64,000 nt of DNA from Nannocystis bainbridge. GTDB lineage: Bacteria; Myxococcota_A; Polyangia; Nannocystales; Nannocystaceae. The stretch is from NCBI RefSeq assembly GCF_028368995.1, contig NZ_JAQNDL010000002.1:1344001-1408000 (forward strand). Direction: 5' to 3'. The translations under genes and the position numbers were made by a program. Positions 9,057-19,491 of the stretch are shown piece after piece. The notes below the pieces were generated by a model that made no database searches, was not told where the DNA came from, and saw only the letters and a program-made list of their open reading frames with translations. How positions within the stretch are numbered: the first letter of the stretch is position 1; every line of letters starts with the position of its first letter.

Positions 9057-11675
9057 ATGATCCGAGCTTCCTCCGTCGCCCTACTGGCCGCGCTGACGTC
9101 GACCTCGCTCGCCGCGCCGGCGACCGCCGCCGAGCCGCAACGGACCCGCTTCGCGCTGCCCAGCAGCAACGGCTGGGGCGCGCTCCTGGTCGACCTCAAG
9201 GCCGGCAAGGCGACCGAGCTGCGCGAGCACGTGTTCGCGGCCGAGGAGCCGAAGATCGACGAGCAAGGTCAGGACATCTGGGACGGCGAACAATTCGCGA
9301 CGGTGCACACGCGCGATGTCTTGTACGACGCGTACTTCGGCGTTCGCGCCGAGGGCGAGCAGCTGTGGCTGCCGTCGGTGCCGGTCGACGAGGACGCCAG
9401 CGGTTACTACGCGTGGAGCGACAGCGAGGAGGTCGGCACCGGCATCGTGAAGATGGTGCAGCCGCTCGGGGCGCTCGAGGCAACGACCTTCGCGTTCGCG
9501 CCGCAGGGCCTCGAGGCGGCCGGGATGGTGCTGCTGCTGCGGCTCAAGAACACCGGGGCGCAGCCGCTGCAGGGGGTGCAGGCGTTCTCGCTGCACAACT
9601 TCCACCTCGGGTCCGGGCGCCCGAACCGGCCGTGGGACGTGCACGAAGACATCGGCAACAACGGCGAGACGCTCGAGTTCGTCGGCGGCGCCGAGGCCCG
9701 CTTCCGCGAGCGCGGGTTCGCCGGCACGATCGTGACGCGAGCGCTGGCGCCGATCGTGCACCGCGGGGTCGGGCCGGGCGTCGATCTGTTCGCGCTGGTC
9801 GATCAGGGGCTGGCCGATCTGCCCGACAACATGGCGCCGGCCAACGCGGTCGACAACGCGACCTCGGCGTTCCAGTGGAACGTCGGCGCGCTGGCGCCGG
9901 GCGCCGAGGCGTGGATCGGGATCGCGGCGATCCACCGCGGCGATCCGTTCGCCGGCGCGGAGGCCGAGACGACCCTCGACGCGTGGATCGACGGCGTCGG
10001 CCCGCAGCTGCTGCTGGCCCGCGAGCGCGCGGTGTGGGCCGACCTCCACCAGCAGCAGTCGAAGCTGCCGGACGGGCTGGCCGCGGCCGAGGTGCCCATG
10101 CTGCGCCAGGCAGTAGCGATGTTGCACATGGGACAGGTCCTCGAGGACAGGTCGTTCGCGCGCGAGTGGCTGAGCCAGGACGGCGAGCCGCGGCGCACCC
10201 GCTTCCCCGGGCTCGACGACGAGCCCGCGATGCTACCGGCGTGGATCAAGCACCGCGGCCGGGGGGCGGTGCTGGCCAGCCTGCCGCCGGGCGAGTGGAC
10301 CTACGCGTGGATCCGCGACGGCGCCTACGCGACCACGGCGATGGCGGCGCTGGGGATGAAGGAGCACGCGCGGGCGTCGCTCGCCTACTACCTCGACGCC
10401 GAGGCCGGGCGGTTCCAGCAGTGGACCGAGCTGCAGCCGTACAGCATGCCGCCGTACCAGATCAGCCTGGTGCGCTACTTCGGGTTCGGGGTCGAGGAGA
10501 CCGACTTCAACGCGTTCGGGCCCAACCTCGAGTTCGACGGCTTCGGCCTGTTCCTGTGGGCGCTGCGGGCCTACGAGGTGCTGAGCGGCGACACCTCGCT
10601 GGCCGACGCGCGCTGGGAGCAGGTCGCGACCGAGGTCGCCGACGTCCTGGTCGCGCTGGTCGACCCCGAGACCGGGATGATCCGGCCCGACTCGTCGATC
10701 TGGGAGACGCACTGGCTCGGGCGCCAGCGGCGGTTCACGTACACCAGCATCACCGCCGCGCGCGGGCTGTGCGACGCGGCCGCCATCGCCGAGCGCCGCG
10801 GCGACGCTGTCCGTGCGGACATGTACAAGAAGACAGGTGAATCGATCCGCGCCGCCATCGCCGCGCGCGCCACCGACGGCGACGGGGCGCTGGCTGGCAG
10901 CGTCGAGGAGCTGGCGACCGGCGAGGGTTACTTCGACGCGGCGGTGTGGGACGCGATCGCCATGGGCCTGTTCGATCCGCAGGGCCCGATCGCGCAGGCG
11001 ACCTTCGCCGGGCTCGACGAGCACCTGCGCGTCGACGCCGGGGTCGGGTGGTCGCGCAACGACGACCGCTGGGACCACGCGATGATGGAGGACGCGACTC
11101 CGTGGGGCAGCGACTACGACAGCGCCGAGTGGGTCATCACCGACCTGCGCGGCTCGGTGGCGCTGCGCAAGGCCGGCGAGGCGGCGCGGGCCGACGCGCT
11201 GAACGAGTGGGTGCGCGAGCAGGCGGCCACCAACTACTACATGACCGCGGAGACGTTCGACGAGAAGACCGGCGTGTACAAGTTCAACTCGCCGATGCTC
11301 GGCTTCGGCGCCGGGGCTTACGCGCTGGCGCTGGCCCACCGCGCGGGGGCGTTCGCCGACCCGGCCTGCGGCGCCTACTTCGTCGAGGAGGACGTCGATC
11401 CGACCACGAGCACCGGCACCGACACCGGCGAGACGACGACCACCGGCGCGCCCGACCCGACGACCGCGGCGCCGACCACCGGCACCAATTCGACGGGCAC
11501 GACGAGCGAGGGCGAGACCGCGACGACGAGCGTGTCGAGCGCGGGCTCGGCGACCGCGGGGCTCACGGGTGGGACCAGCGAGGATGGCTGCGGATGCACG
11601 TCGGGCGGACCTGGAGCGCCGGCGGCGCTGCTGCTGCTCGGGCTCGTGGTTCGGCGTCGGCGTCGGCGCGCTTGA
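9057..11675 (+). CDS. Secreted GH15-like glycoside hydrolase with MYXO-CTERM anchor
   Basis: Signal peptide; ASL...YAWIRDGAY and DSSIWE GH15-type motifs; Thr-rich stalk; GCGC...ALLLLGLVVRRRRRR C-terminus. Confidence 0.85.
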   Translation: MIRASSVALLAALTSTSLAAPATAAEPQRTRFALPSSNGWGALLVDLKAGKATELREHVFAAEEPKIDEQGQDIWDGEQFATVHTRDVLYDAYFGVRAEGEQLWLPSVPVDEDASGYYAWSDSEEVGTGIVKMVQPLGALEATTFAFAPQGLEAAGMVLLLRLKNTGAQPLQGVQAFSLHNFHLGSGRPNRPWDVHEDIGNNGETLEFVGGAEARFRERGFAGTIVTRALAPIVHRGVGPGVDLFALVDQGLADLPDNMAPANAVDNATSAFQWNVGALAPGAEAWIGIAAIHRGDPFAGAEAETTLDAWIDGVGPQLLLARERAVWADLHQQQSKLPDGLAAAEVPMLRQAVAMLHMGQVLEDRSFAREWLSQDGEPRRTRFPGLDDEPAMLPAWIKHRGRGAVLASLPPGEWTYAWIRDGAYATTAMAALGMKEHARASLAYYLDAEAGRFQQWTELQPYSMPPYQISLVRYFGFGVEETDFNAFGPNLEFDGFGLFLWALRAYEVLSGDTSLADARWEQVATEVADVLVALVDPETGMIRPDSSIWETHWLGRQRRFTYTSITAARGLCDAAAIAERRGDAVRADMYKKTGESIRAAIAARATDGDGALAGSVEELATGEGYFDAAVWDAIAMGLFDPQGPIAQATFAGLDEHLRVDAGVGWSRNDDRWDHAMMEDATPWGSDYDSAEWVITDLRGSVALRKAGEAARADALNEWVREQAATNYYMTAETFDEKTGVYKFNSPMLGFGAGAYALALAHRAGAFADPACGAYFVEEDVDPTTSTGTDTGETTTTGAPDPTTAAPTTGTNSTGTTSEGETATTSVSSAGSATAGLTGGTSEDGCGCTSGGPGAPAALLLLGLVVRRRRRRA

Positions 11676-11709
11676 CCCAGCGGCGCGCGGCGTCCCAACA
11701 TCGGCGTGG

Positions 11710-13398
11710 ATGACCGCGCCGCCCCTGCTCGTCGCCTACTTCTCGATGGAGATCGCCCTGTCGAGCGAGCTCCCGACGTACGCGGGCGGGCTCGGGGTGC
11801 TCGCCGGCGACCATTTGCGGGCGGCGGCCGACACTGGCCTGGCGCTGGTCGGGGTGACCTTGCTGTACCGCAAGGGTTACTTCCGCCAGGTCCTCGACGC
11901 GCAGGGCCACCAGCAGGAGCGCGACGTCCAGTGGCTGCCCGAGCATCACCTCGAGCGGGTGTCGACGCAGGTCACCGTCAGCATCGAGGGCCGCGAGGTG
12001 AGGGTGGGGGCGTGGCAGACCTGGATCGCCGGCGCCGGCGGCGGGCGGGTCCCGGTCTACATGCTCGACACCGACATCGACGGCAACGGCGAGGAGGACC
12101 GCCGGATCACCGATCACCTGTACGGCGGCGAGGAGCGCTATCGGCTGCAGCAGGAGGCGGTGCTCGGGCTCGGCGGGCGGCGCCTGCTGGCCGCGCTCGA
12201 GCTGAAGCCGACCCGCTACCACCTCAACGAGGGCCACTCGTCGCTGCTCGCGCTCGAGCTGCTGGCGATCGAGATGTCCTCCGGGACAGGTGAAGACGCC
12301 GACCTCGCGGCCGCGATCGCGGCGGTGCGCGAGCGCTGCGTGTTCACCACCCACACCCCGATCCCGGCCGGCCACGATCGCTTCCCCAGGGCGCTGGCGA
12401 CCGCGGTGCTCGGGCGCGAGCTGGTCGACCTGTACGCCCGCCTGCCGACCCCGCACAGCGCCGAGATCAACATGAGCGCGCTGGGCATCGAGCTCAGCGG
12501 GTTCGTCAACGGCGTGTCGCATCGCCACGCCGAGGTCTCGGCCGGCATGTTCCCCGGGCGGCCGATCCACGCCATCACCAACGGCGTCCACTCGGCCACC
12601 TGGACCGCCCCTGCCATGCGCGCCGTGTTCGACCGCTGGATCCCCGAGTGGCGGCGGCACGCCCACGCCCTGCGGCAGGCCCAGAAGATCCCGACCGACG
12701 CCATCGTCGCCGCCCACCGCGAGGCCAAGCGCGCGCTCGTCGACGAGATCAACCGCCACGGCGACCACAACTTCGGCGAGGAGCGGTTCACTCTCGGCTT
12801 CGCCCGTCGCGCCACCGCTTACAAGCGCATGCTGCTGATCTTGCGCGACGTCCGGCGCCTGCGCGAGATCGCCAGCCGCTGGGGCGCGCTGCAGATCGTG
12901 TTCGCCGGCAAGGCCCACCCGCGCGACCTCGAGGGCAAGCGCATGATCGAGGCCGTGTTCCGCCAGCAGGAGGTCGTGCTGCCGTCGGTGCGGATCGCGT
13001 TCTTGCCCGGCTACGACATGCGCCTCGGCGGGCTCGTGACCGCCGGCGTCGACCTGTGGCTGAACACGCCGATGGCCCCGCTCGAGGCCTCGGGCACCAG
13101 CGGCATGAAGGCCGCCCACAACGGCGTGCCCAACCTCAGCGTGCGCGACGGCTGGTGGTGCGAGGGCTACATCGAGGGCCAGACCGGCTGGGTGCTGGCG
13201 CCCGGCCACCCGAGCGACGACGCCGACGCGGCCCAGCTGTACCGCGTGCTCGACGAGGAGGTCCTGCCGCTGTACCTCGGCGCGCCCGAGCGGTGGGCCG
13301 AGCGCATGCGGGCCAGCATCGCCCTCGCGGCCAGCTACTTCAACGCGCACCGGATGGTCGGCGAGTACCTCGAGCGGGCCTACGCGCCGCGCTGGTAG
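11710..13398 (+). CDS. glgP: Alpha-glucan phosphorylase (GT35)
   Basis: VAYFSMEI, GGLGVLAGD, HLNEGH, FTTHTP, FARRATAYKR, EASGTSGMK (PLP lysine). Confidence 0.95.
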   Translation: MTAPPLLVAYFSMEIALSSELPTYAGGLGVLAGDHLRAAADTGLALVGVTLLYRKGYFRQVLDAQGHQQERDVQWLPEHHLERVSTQVTVSIEGREVRVGAWQTWIAGAGGGRVPVYMLDTDIDGNGEEDRRITDHLYGGEERYRLQQEAVLGLGGRRLLAALELKPTRYHLNEGHSSLLALELLAIEMSSGTGEDADLAAAIAAVRERCVFTTHTPIPAGHDRFPRALATAVLGRELVDLYARLPTPHSAEINMSALGIELSGFVNGVSHRHAEVSAGMFPGRPIHAITNGVHSATWTAPAMRAVFDRWIPEWRRHAHALRQAQKIPTDAIVAAHREAKRALVDEINRHGDHNFGEERFTLGFARRATAYKRMLLILRDVRRLREIASRWGALQIVFAGKAHPRDLEGKRMIEAVFRQQEVVLPSVRIAFLPGYDMRLGGLVTAGVDLWLNTPMAPLEASGTSGMKAAHNGVPNLSVRDGWWCEGYIEGQTGWVLAPGHPSDDADAAQLYRVLDEEVLPLYLGAPERWAERMRASIALAASYFNAHRMVGEYLERAYAPRW

Positions 13399-13417
13399 GC
13401 CGGGTCACGGGGTTCTC

Positions 13418-13552
13418 GTACATAAACTTTGGGGCATGTTCCGTAGGACATGTCGGACATGGACAATAGCCTGAGAGGCGTGGCGCGTGCATGGCTCTCA
13501 GGACATGTCGTCAAGAGCATGCGCTTCAGGACATGCCCTGGCGGACATGGCC
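13418..13552. repeat. Intergenic 14-bp-phased array between convergent genes
   Basis: Cores at 13421, 13435, 13449 and at 13490, 13504, 13518, 13532, 13546. Confidence 0.9.
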
Positions 13553-14554
13553 TCAGAGATAGCCGTTGGCCGCGAACCACTCGGCCGCGCGGCGCAGGGT
13601 CTCGTCGAGCGGGCGGACGGTGAAGCCGAGCTCCTCGCGGGCCTTGCGGTTGTCGAAGTGCAGCGCCTGGCTGGCGTAGGCGACCGAGCCGGCGGTGATC
13701 AGCGGCTCCTTGCCGGTGACGCGGTCGGCCAATTGCTCGAGCGCCCAGCCGGCCGCGCGGGCCATGGCGACCGGGGTGGAGAACATCTTGTGGCGCATGC
13801 CGAGCACGCGCCGCATCTCGGCCACCAGGGCGAAGATGTCGAGGTTGTGGCCGGTCAGCAGGTAGCATTCGCCGCGGCGGCCGCGTTCTTCGGCGAGCAG
13901 GTGGCCGCGCGCGACGTCCTCGACGTCGACGATGTTGAGGCCGCCGGCGAAGCACACGCGGATCCGTCCGCTGAGCGCGTCGACCAGGGTCTTGCCGGTC
14001 GGGGTCGGGCCGACGTCGCCGGGGCCGAGCGGCATGCCGGGGCCGACGACGGTGACGTCGACCAGCGGCGCGAACGCCAGCGCGACCTGCTGGCCGAGGT
14101 ACTTCGAGCGCACGTAGTCGAAGCTGCCGGCCCACAGGTTGAACGGGGTCGCCTCGTCCGAGGGCACCCCGTCCTCGCGCACGCCGACGGCGGCGATCGA
14201 GCTGGTGTAGACGACCTTGCGCACCCCGGCCTCGGCCGCCGCGGCCAGCACGTTGGCGGTGCCGGTGACGTTGACGTCGTAGATGACCTTTGGGTCAGGT
14301 ACCCAGGTACGGTAGACGGCGGCCAGGTGGTAGACGACGTCGCAGCCGCGGACCAGCGTGCGCATGCGATCGCGGTCGAGGACGTCGGCCTCGACGCGCT
14401 CGACCCGCGCGGGGTCGATGCCGGCGAGGTTGCGCGGATCTTCGCCCGGGCGCAGCACCGCCCGCACGGGGCGCCCTTGCTCGACCAGCAGGCGGACGAC
14501 GTGATGACCGATGAAGCCGGCGGCGCCGGTCACGAGCACGGGGGCGGCGGACAT
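13553..14554 (-). CDS. NAD-dependent epimerase/dehydratase (extended SDR, HpnA/dihydroflavonol-reductase-like)
   Basis: VLVTGAAGFIG, HLAA, YTSS, YVRSK. Confidence 0.92.
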   Translation of the reverse strand: MSAAPVLVTGAAGFIGHHVVRLLVEQGRPVRAVLRPGEDPRNLAGIDPARVERVEADVLDRDRMRTLVRGCDVVYHLAAVYRTWVPDPKVIYDVNVTGTANVLAAAAEAGVRKVVYTSSIAAVGVREDGVPSDEATPFNLWAGSFDYVRSKYLGQQVALAFAPLVDVTVVGPGMPLGPGDVGPTPTGKTLVDALSGRIRVCFAGGLNIVDVEDVARGHLLAEERGRRGECYLLTGHNLDIFALVAEMRRVLGMRHKMFSTPVAMARAAGWALEQLADRVTGKEPLITAGSVAYASQALHFDNRKAREELGFTVRPLDETLRRAAEWFAANGYL

Positions 14555-14619
14555 GCTTGCGATGAAACCGCAATCGCCCTGTGACGTGAAGCCCCACGCG
14601 CCGTGGTAGTCTGGGTCGC

Positions 14620-15540
14620 ATGTGGTCCCCCCGCCACGGCCGCGTCACGCGGACGCTCCTCCTCGCCGTCACGCCGACGCTCGCGGCCTGCTTCGTCGAC
14701 GTCCCGCCGGCGCTGAGCGGCGGCGCGAGCAGCGAGGGCGAGGGGCCGGGCGAGGGCACCACCGGCACGACAGGGCTGACGACCGAGGACGTGCACGACG
14801 ACGCCGACAGCAGCTCGAAGGGCTGCCCGACCACGGCGCCGCCGGGCAAGTGGTACCTCGATCAGGACGGCGACGACTGGGGCGTCGAGCCGGCCCAGGT
14901 CGCGTGCGACCAGCCGCCCGGGACCGCGGCGGAGCGCGGCGACTGCGACGACGGGGATCCCGAGCGGTTCCCCGGGTCGCTCGAGGTGTGCGACGGCGAG
15001 GACGACGACTGCGACGAGATCGTCGACGAGTTCTCGCCGGTCAACGCGAACTGCAACGGCTGCGCGCTGGCCGAGCGCGACGGGGCGCCGCACTGGTTCT
15101 GCAAGGACGACGCGATCGACTGGGTCGCGGCGCGCGAGGCCTGCACGGAGCTCGGCTGGACCGTCGAGCTGCTCAGCATCCACAGCGAGGCCGACCACGC
15201 GTGGGCGCGCACCCAGGCGCAGGCGCTGTACGAGGGCGTCGATCCGATGGGCACGTTCTGGATCGGCCTGCGCCGCGCCGACCCGCACTGGGCCAGCTGC
15301 ACGGCCGATCCGGCCCAGTGGGAGTGGAGCGACGGCAGCCCGCTCGACTACGCCGCCTGGTCGATGGGACAGCCCGACTCGGCGCCCTGCGACGCGCTGT
15401 GCGAGCCGGTCGACGCGCTCGACGAGGCCTGTCCGCGCGAGAACTGCGGCCACATGCTGTACCTCGAGGGCGGCTGGAACGACCGCGCCTGCTTCGCCGC
15501 GGGGGTCGGCTACGCCTGCCGCGCGGCACCCCCGCCGTGA
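14620..15540 (+). CDS. Lipoprotein with Asp/Cys-rich repeat and C-type lectin domain
   Basis: Lipobox TLAA-C; WYLDQDGDDWG...DCDD...EVCDGEDDDCD; WxAARxAC, LLSIHS, FWIGL, WxWSDGSPLDY, WND. Confidence 0.85.
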   Translation: MWSPRHGRVTRTLLLAVTPTLAACFVDVPPALSGGASSEGEGPGEGTTGTTGLTTEDVHDDADSSSKGCPTTAPPGKWYLDQDGDDWGVEPAQVACDQPPGTAAERGDCDDGDPERFPGSLEVCDGEDDDCDEIVDEFSPVNANCNGCALAERDGAPHWFCKDDAIDWVAAREACTELGWTVELLSIHSEADHAWARTQAQALYEGVDPMGTFWIGLRRADPHWASCTADPAQWEWSDGSPLDYAAWSMGQPDSAPCDALCEPVDALDEACPRENCGHMLYLEGGWNDRACFAAGVGYACRAAPPP

Positions 15541-15583
15541 GCCCGTTGCGGCGGCGATCCCGGTGTGGCATTCCTTGCCGACG

Positions 15584-16843
15584 ATGACGACCCGGGCCGA
15601 TCCGCGCCTCGACCTGTCCTGTGAGACATCCGGCCTGCAGCCGCGCCCGCCCGGCACCTTCGAGGTCCTGGCCCAGGCGCCGGGCTCGCCGGCGCGGGCA
15701 GGGCGGCTGTGGACGGCGCACGGCCCGATCGACACGCCGTGCTTTATGCCGGTCGGCACCTACGGCGCGGTCAAGGGCCTCGACACCGACGACCTGCGCG
15801 AGGTCGGGGCGCAGATCATCCTCGGCAATTCGTACCACCTCGGCCATCGCCCCGGCGCCGCCCGCGTGGCCGCGCTCGGCGGCCTGCACCGCATGATGGC
15901 GTGGGATCGACCGATCCTCACCGACAGCGGCGGCTTCCAGGTGTTCAGCCTGCGCGGCCTGCAGAAGATCGACGACGCCGGGGTCTCCTATCAGACCCAC
16001 TTCGACGGCTCGCGCCACCGCATGACCCCCGAGAGCGTGCTCGGGACCCAGGCGGCGCTCGGCTCCGACATCTGCATGATCCTCGATCACTGTCCGCCGG
16101 CCGACGCCGAGCCCGCGCTGATCCGCGCGGCGGTCGAGCGCAGCACCCGCTGGGCAGAGGAGGCGGCGCGCCGGCGCGGGGAGATCCTGCAGCCAGGACA
16201 GCTGTGCTTCGCCATCGTCCAGGGCGGGACGGACGTGGGCCTGCGCCGCGAGCACCTGGCGGCCCTGAAGGACTTGCCGTTCGACGGCCTCGCGCTCGGC
16301 GGCCTCAGCGTCGGCGAGCCGATCCCCGAGATGCACGCCACCATGGCCGCGATCGGCCCGGAGATGCCGCAGGACCGCCCGCGCTACGTGATGGGCATCG
16401 GCACCCCGCACGACCTGCTGGCCGCGGTCAGCTCGGGTATCGACATGTTCGACTGCGTCATGCCGACCCGCCACGCCCGCAACGGCCAGCTTTTCACCTT
16501 CGCGGGCCGGCTGAACATCCGCCAGTCGCGCTTCCGCGACGATGACGCGCCGGTCGACGCCGCCTGCCGCTGCCGGTGCTGCACCCGCTACAGCCGGGCC
16601 TACCTGCGCCACCTCCACGAGCAGAACGAGCCGCTGTTCGGCCGCCTGGCGACGATCCACAACCTGTACTTCTATCAACAATGGGTCGGCGCCCTCCGGC
16701 GCGCCCTGCGCTCGGGCCGCTTCGAGGCCCTGCGCAGCGAGTTTTCGTCCGTCATCTCGAATGCTTACGCAGGCGGCGCGGAGCCCGAGGGGGACGAGGG
16801 CGGGCTCGCCTCCGCGGCCGCCCCGGCGCCGGAACCGGCGTGA
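15584..16843 (+). CDS. tgt: tRNA-guanine transglycosylase
   Basis: TPCFMPVGT, LTDSGGFQVFSL, DMFDCVMPTR, CxCxxC...H zinc site. Confidence 0.97.
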   Translation: MTTRADPRLDLSCETSGLQPRPPGTFEVLAQAPGSPARAGRLWTAHGPIDTPCFMPVGTYGAVKGLDTDDLREVGAQIILGNSYHLGHRPGAARVAALGGLHRMMAWDRPILTDSGGFQVFSLRGLQKIDDAGVSYQTHFDGSRHRMTPESVLGTQAALGSDICMILDHCPPADAEPALIRAAVERSTRWAEEAARRRGEILQPGQLCFAIVQGGTDVGLRREHLAALKDLPFDGLALGGLSVGEPIPEMHATMAAIGPEMPQDRPRYVMGIGTPHDLLAAVSSGIDMFDCVMPTRHARNGQLFTFAGRLNIRQSRFRDDDAPVDAACRCRCCTRYSRAYLRHLHEQNEPLFGRLATIHNLYFYQQWVGALRRALRSGRFEALRSEFSSVISNAYAGGAEPEGDEGGLASAAAPAPEPA

Positions 16844-16969
16844 CAGGCCCGGGGTTCTTTGGTACCCCCCTGCGACCGGTGACCGGCCTGCGTTTTTGCA
16901 CGCGTCGGCCGCCCGCAGCGGCGTCAGAACGCAGGCGCCCCCGTGGATACTCCCGTCCGGACCATCGCC

Positions 16970-17308
16970 ATGCTCGCCACCATCCTCGCCCAGGCCCCCG
17001 CCGCCTCCAACCCGCTCAGCGGGTTCATCGTCCCGATCCTGATGTTCGCGGCGATTTACTTCATCTTGATCCGCCCGATGGGCAAGCAAGAGAAGGACCG
17101 CAAGGCGCGGCTGGACAAGCTCGCCGCGGGCGACACCGTGCGGCTGACGGGCGGCATCATCGGCCGGATCAGCAGCATCGACGGGCCGATCGCTATGGTC
17201 GAGGTCGCCGAGCGGGTCAAGCTCAAGGTCGTGCGCGCCGAGATCGCGGACCGCTTCGACCCCGACGCGGCGACCAAGCCCGAGGCGGCCGCAGCGGCCA
17301 CCAAGTGA
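16970..17308 (+). CDS. yajC: Preprotein translocase subunit YajC
   Basis: IYFILIRP...GDTVRLTGGIIG; lies between tgt and secD. Confidence 0.93.
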   Translation: MLATILAQAPAASNPLSGFIVPILMFAAIYFILIRPMGKQEKDRKARLDKLAAGDTVRLTGGIIGRISSIDGPIAMVEVAERVKLKVVRAEIADRFDPDAATKPEAAAAATK

Positions 17309-17338
17309 GGAATTTGCGGCAACTAGCGAGGCGGACCG

Positions 17339-19480
17339 ATGCGTAAGTTCCTCAAGACCAAAGCCCTGCTGCTGCTCCTGCTCGTCACCACCGCGGTGAT
17401 GATGGTGGTGCCCTCGATCGCCCAGATCCTCGGCACCGACAAGGAGCTGCCGGGCTGGCTCACCAGCACCTTCGACAATCGCTTCAAGCTCGGCCTCGAC
17501 CTCCAGGGCGGCCTGCACCTCGAGTACTCGGTCGCCGTCGACGAGGCGCTCGAGAACAAGCTCGACCAGATCGCGGCCGAGCTCGAGGCCGGCTTCAAGG
17601 AGAAGAAGAGCGTCCTCGTCGACATCGAGCGCATCGGCATCGATCGCCTCGACATCAAGTTCTCCGACCCGTCGCAGGTCGTCACCGCCGAAGACGACGT
17701 CATGGGCGTGGCGCTGACCGACATGGAGCGCGTCGAGACCCAGGACGAGGGCGCCGGCATCATCCACCTCAAGATGTCCGACGCGCGGATCGGCGAGCAC
17801 CGCTCGCACGCGGTCGCGCAGGCGCTCGAGACGGTGCGTCGCCGCATCGACGCGATGGGCATCGCCGAGCCCAACATCTACCCGAAGAACCGCCAGATCG
17901 TGATCGAGCTGCCGGGCCTCTCGGACACCACCACCGAGATCAAGGCCGCCCGCCACGACGTGCAGGAGCAGCTGCGGCCGCTGCTGCAGCAGGCCGGCGC
18001 CAACCAGGTCATCGTCGCCGACAGCGACGAGGATCCGGGCGCCTTCCGCATCACCCTGACCGACCAGGCCGCGCGCGGCTTCCTGGGCCAGGTGTTCGCC
18101 GGCAAGATGATCGAGCAGACGGTCATCGACCCGCGGCTCGGCGCCGGCGTCGAGCTCGAGATCCTGCCCGACGATCCGGGTCGGCCCGCCGCGCCCGACA
18201 GCGTCGAGGTCAAGCTCAGCGAGCGCTCGCGCGACAACATCCTCGAGGGCTCGTCCGACTTCCGCCGCCTGCTCAAGGTGGTCGAGCGCGCGGCCGTGCT
18301 CGAGATGCGCATGGTCGACGACGAGCTGCCGTTCGGCCCGGGTCAGCGCAACTACTTCCAGGCGCTGCTCGAGGGCGGGCAGGTCCACGCCGGCATGGGC
18401 ATCAGCGTCAACAAGATGGGCAACTACGGCAGCCCGAAGGGCCACAACGTCGAGAACGTGTGGGCCTTCTACGCCAAGGACCGCAAGACGCTCGAGGACT
18501 ACTTCAATCAGCTGCCGGCCGAGTGGCGCTTGCCCGCGTCGCACCTGGTCGCGTACGGGCCGGACGCCGTGGTCATCCGCGGCGAGCCGACCCGGGTGTG
18601 GCGCACCTTCGTCGTCAAGGCCCGCGCCGAGGTCACCGGCGAGAGCATCCTGGCCGCCAACGTCAGCCCCGACCCGCAGACCGGCCTCCCGGGCGTCGAC
18701 CTCAAGCTCGACCGTCTCGGCGCCGACCGCTTCGAGCAGATGTCGGGCGACAACATCGGCCGCCGCATGGCGATCATGCTCGACGACGCGGTCATGTCCG
18801 ACCCCGTCTTCAACGACCGGATCCCCGGCGGCAACGTCCGCATCTCCGTCGGCGAGACGCCCGGACAGAGCGTGCGCGACACCGCCAACGACCTCGTCAA
18901 GGTGCTGAAGTCGGGCAGCCTCCCGGCCCGCCTGGTCAAGGAGTTCGAGATCCGCGTCGGCGCCGACCTCGGCAAGGAAGCGGTCGAGAGCGGCTTCTGG
19001 GCCTTCGTCGTCGGCCTCGGCGCCGTCGTCGCCTTCATGGCCATCTACTACCGGCTGTCCGGCCTCATCGCCGTGTTCGCGCTGGTGCTGAACGTGCTGC
19101 TGATCCTGGCGGCGATGGCGTTCTTCCAGGCGACGCTGACCCTGCCCGGCATCGCCGGCATCGTCCTCACGCTCGGCATGGCGGTCGACGCCAACGTCAT
19201 CGTCTACGAGCGCATCCGTGAGCTCGTGCGCGAGGGCTACACCGCCCGCGCCGCCATCGAGGCCGGCTACGACCGCGCCTTCACCACGATCCTCGACTCG
19301 CAGCTGACCACGGCGATCGCCGGCGTCGTGTTGTGGCAGTACGGGTCGGGCCCGATCCGCGGGTTCGCCATCACGCTGCTGATCGGCATCGCCACCTCGA
19401 TCTTCACCGCCGTGTTCTGCACGCGCCTCTTCTTCGACTTCCAGGCTAACCGCCGCGGCTTCGACCGCGTGTCCATCTGA
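17339..19480 (+). CDS. secD: Protein translocase subunit SecD
   Basis: LGLDLQGG, LTLPGIAGIVLTLGMAVDANVIVYERIRE. Confidence 0.97.
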   Translation: MRKFLKTKALLLLLLVTTAVMMVVPSIAQILGTDKELPGWLTSTFDNRFKLGLDLQGGLHLEYSVAVDEALENKLDQIAAELEAGFKEKKSVLVDIERIGIDRLDIKFSDPSQVVTAEDDVMGVALTDMERVETQDEGAGIIHLKMSDARIGEHRSHAVAQALETVRRRIDAMGIAEPNIYPKNRQIVIELPGLSDTTTEIKAARHDVQEQLRPLLQQAGANQVIVADSDEDPGAFRITLTDQAARGFLGQVFAGKMIEQTVIDPRLGAGVELEILPDDPGRPAAPDSVEVKLSERSRDNILEGSSDFRRLLKVVERAAVLEMRMVDDELPFGPGQRNYFQALLEGGQVHAGMGISVNKMGNYGSPKGHNVENVWAFYAKDRKTLEDYFNQLPAEWRLPASHLVAYGPDAVVIRGEPTRVWRTFVVKARAEVTGESILAANVSPDPQTGLPGVDLKLDRLGADRFEQMSGDNIGRRMAIMLDDAVMSDPVFNDRIPGGNVRISVGETPGQSVRDTANDLVKVLKSGSLPARLVKEFEIRVGADLGKEAVESGFWAFVVGLGAVVAFMAIYYRLSGLIAVFALVLNVLLILAAMAFFQATLTLPGIAGIVLTLGMAVDANVIVYERIRELVREGYTARAAIEAGYDRAFTTILDSQLTTAIAGVVLWQYGSGPIRGFAITLLIGIATSIFTAVFCTRLFFDFQANRRGFDRVSI

Positions 19481-19491
19481 GGCACACCACC

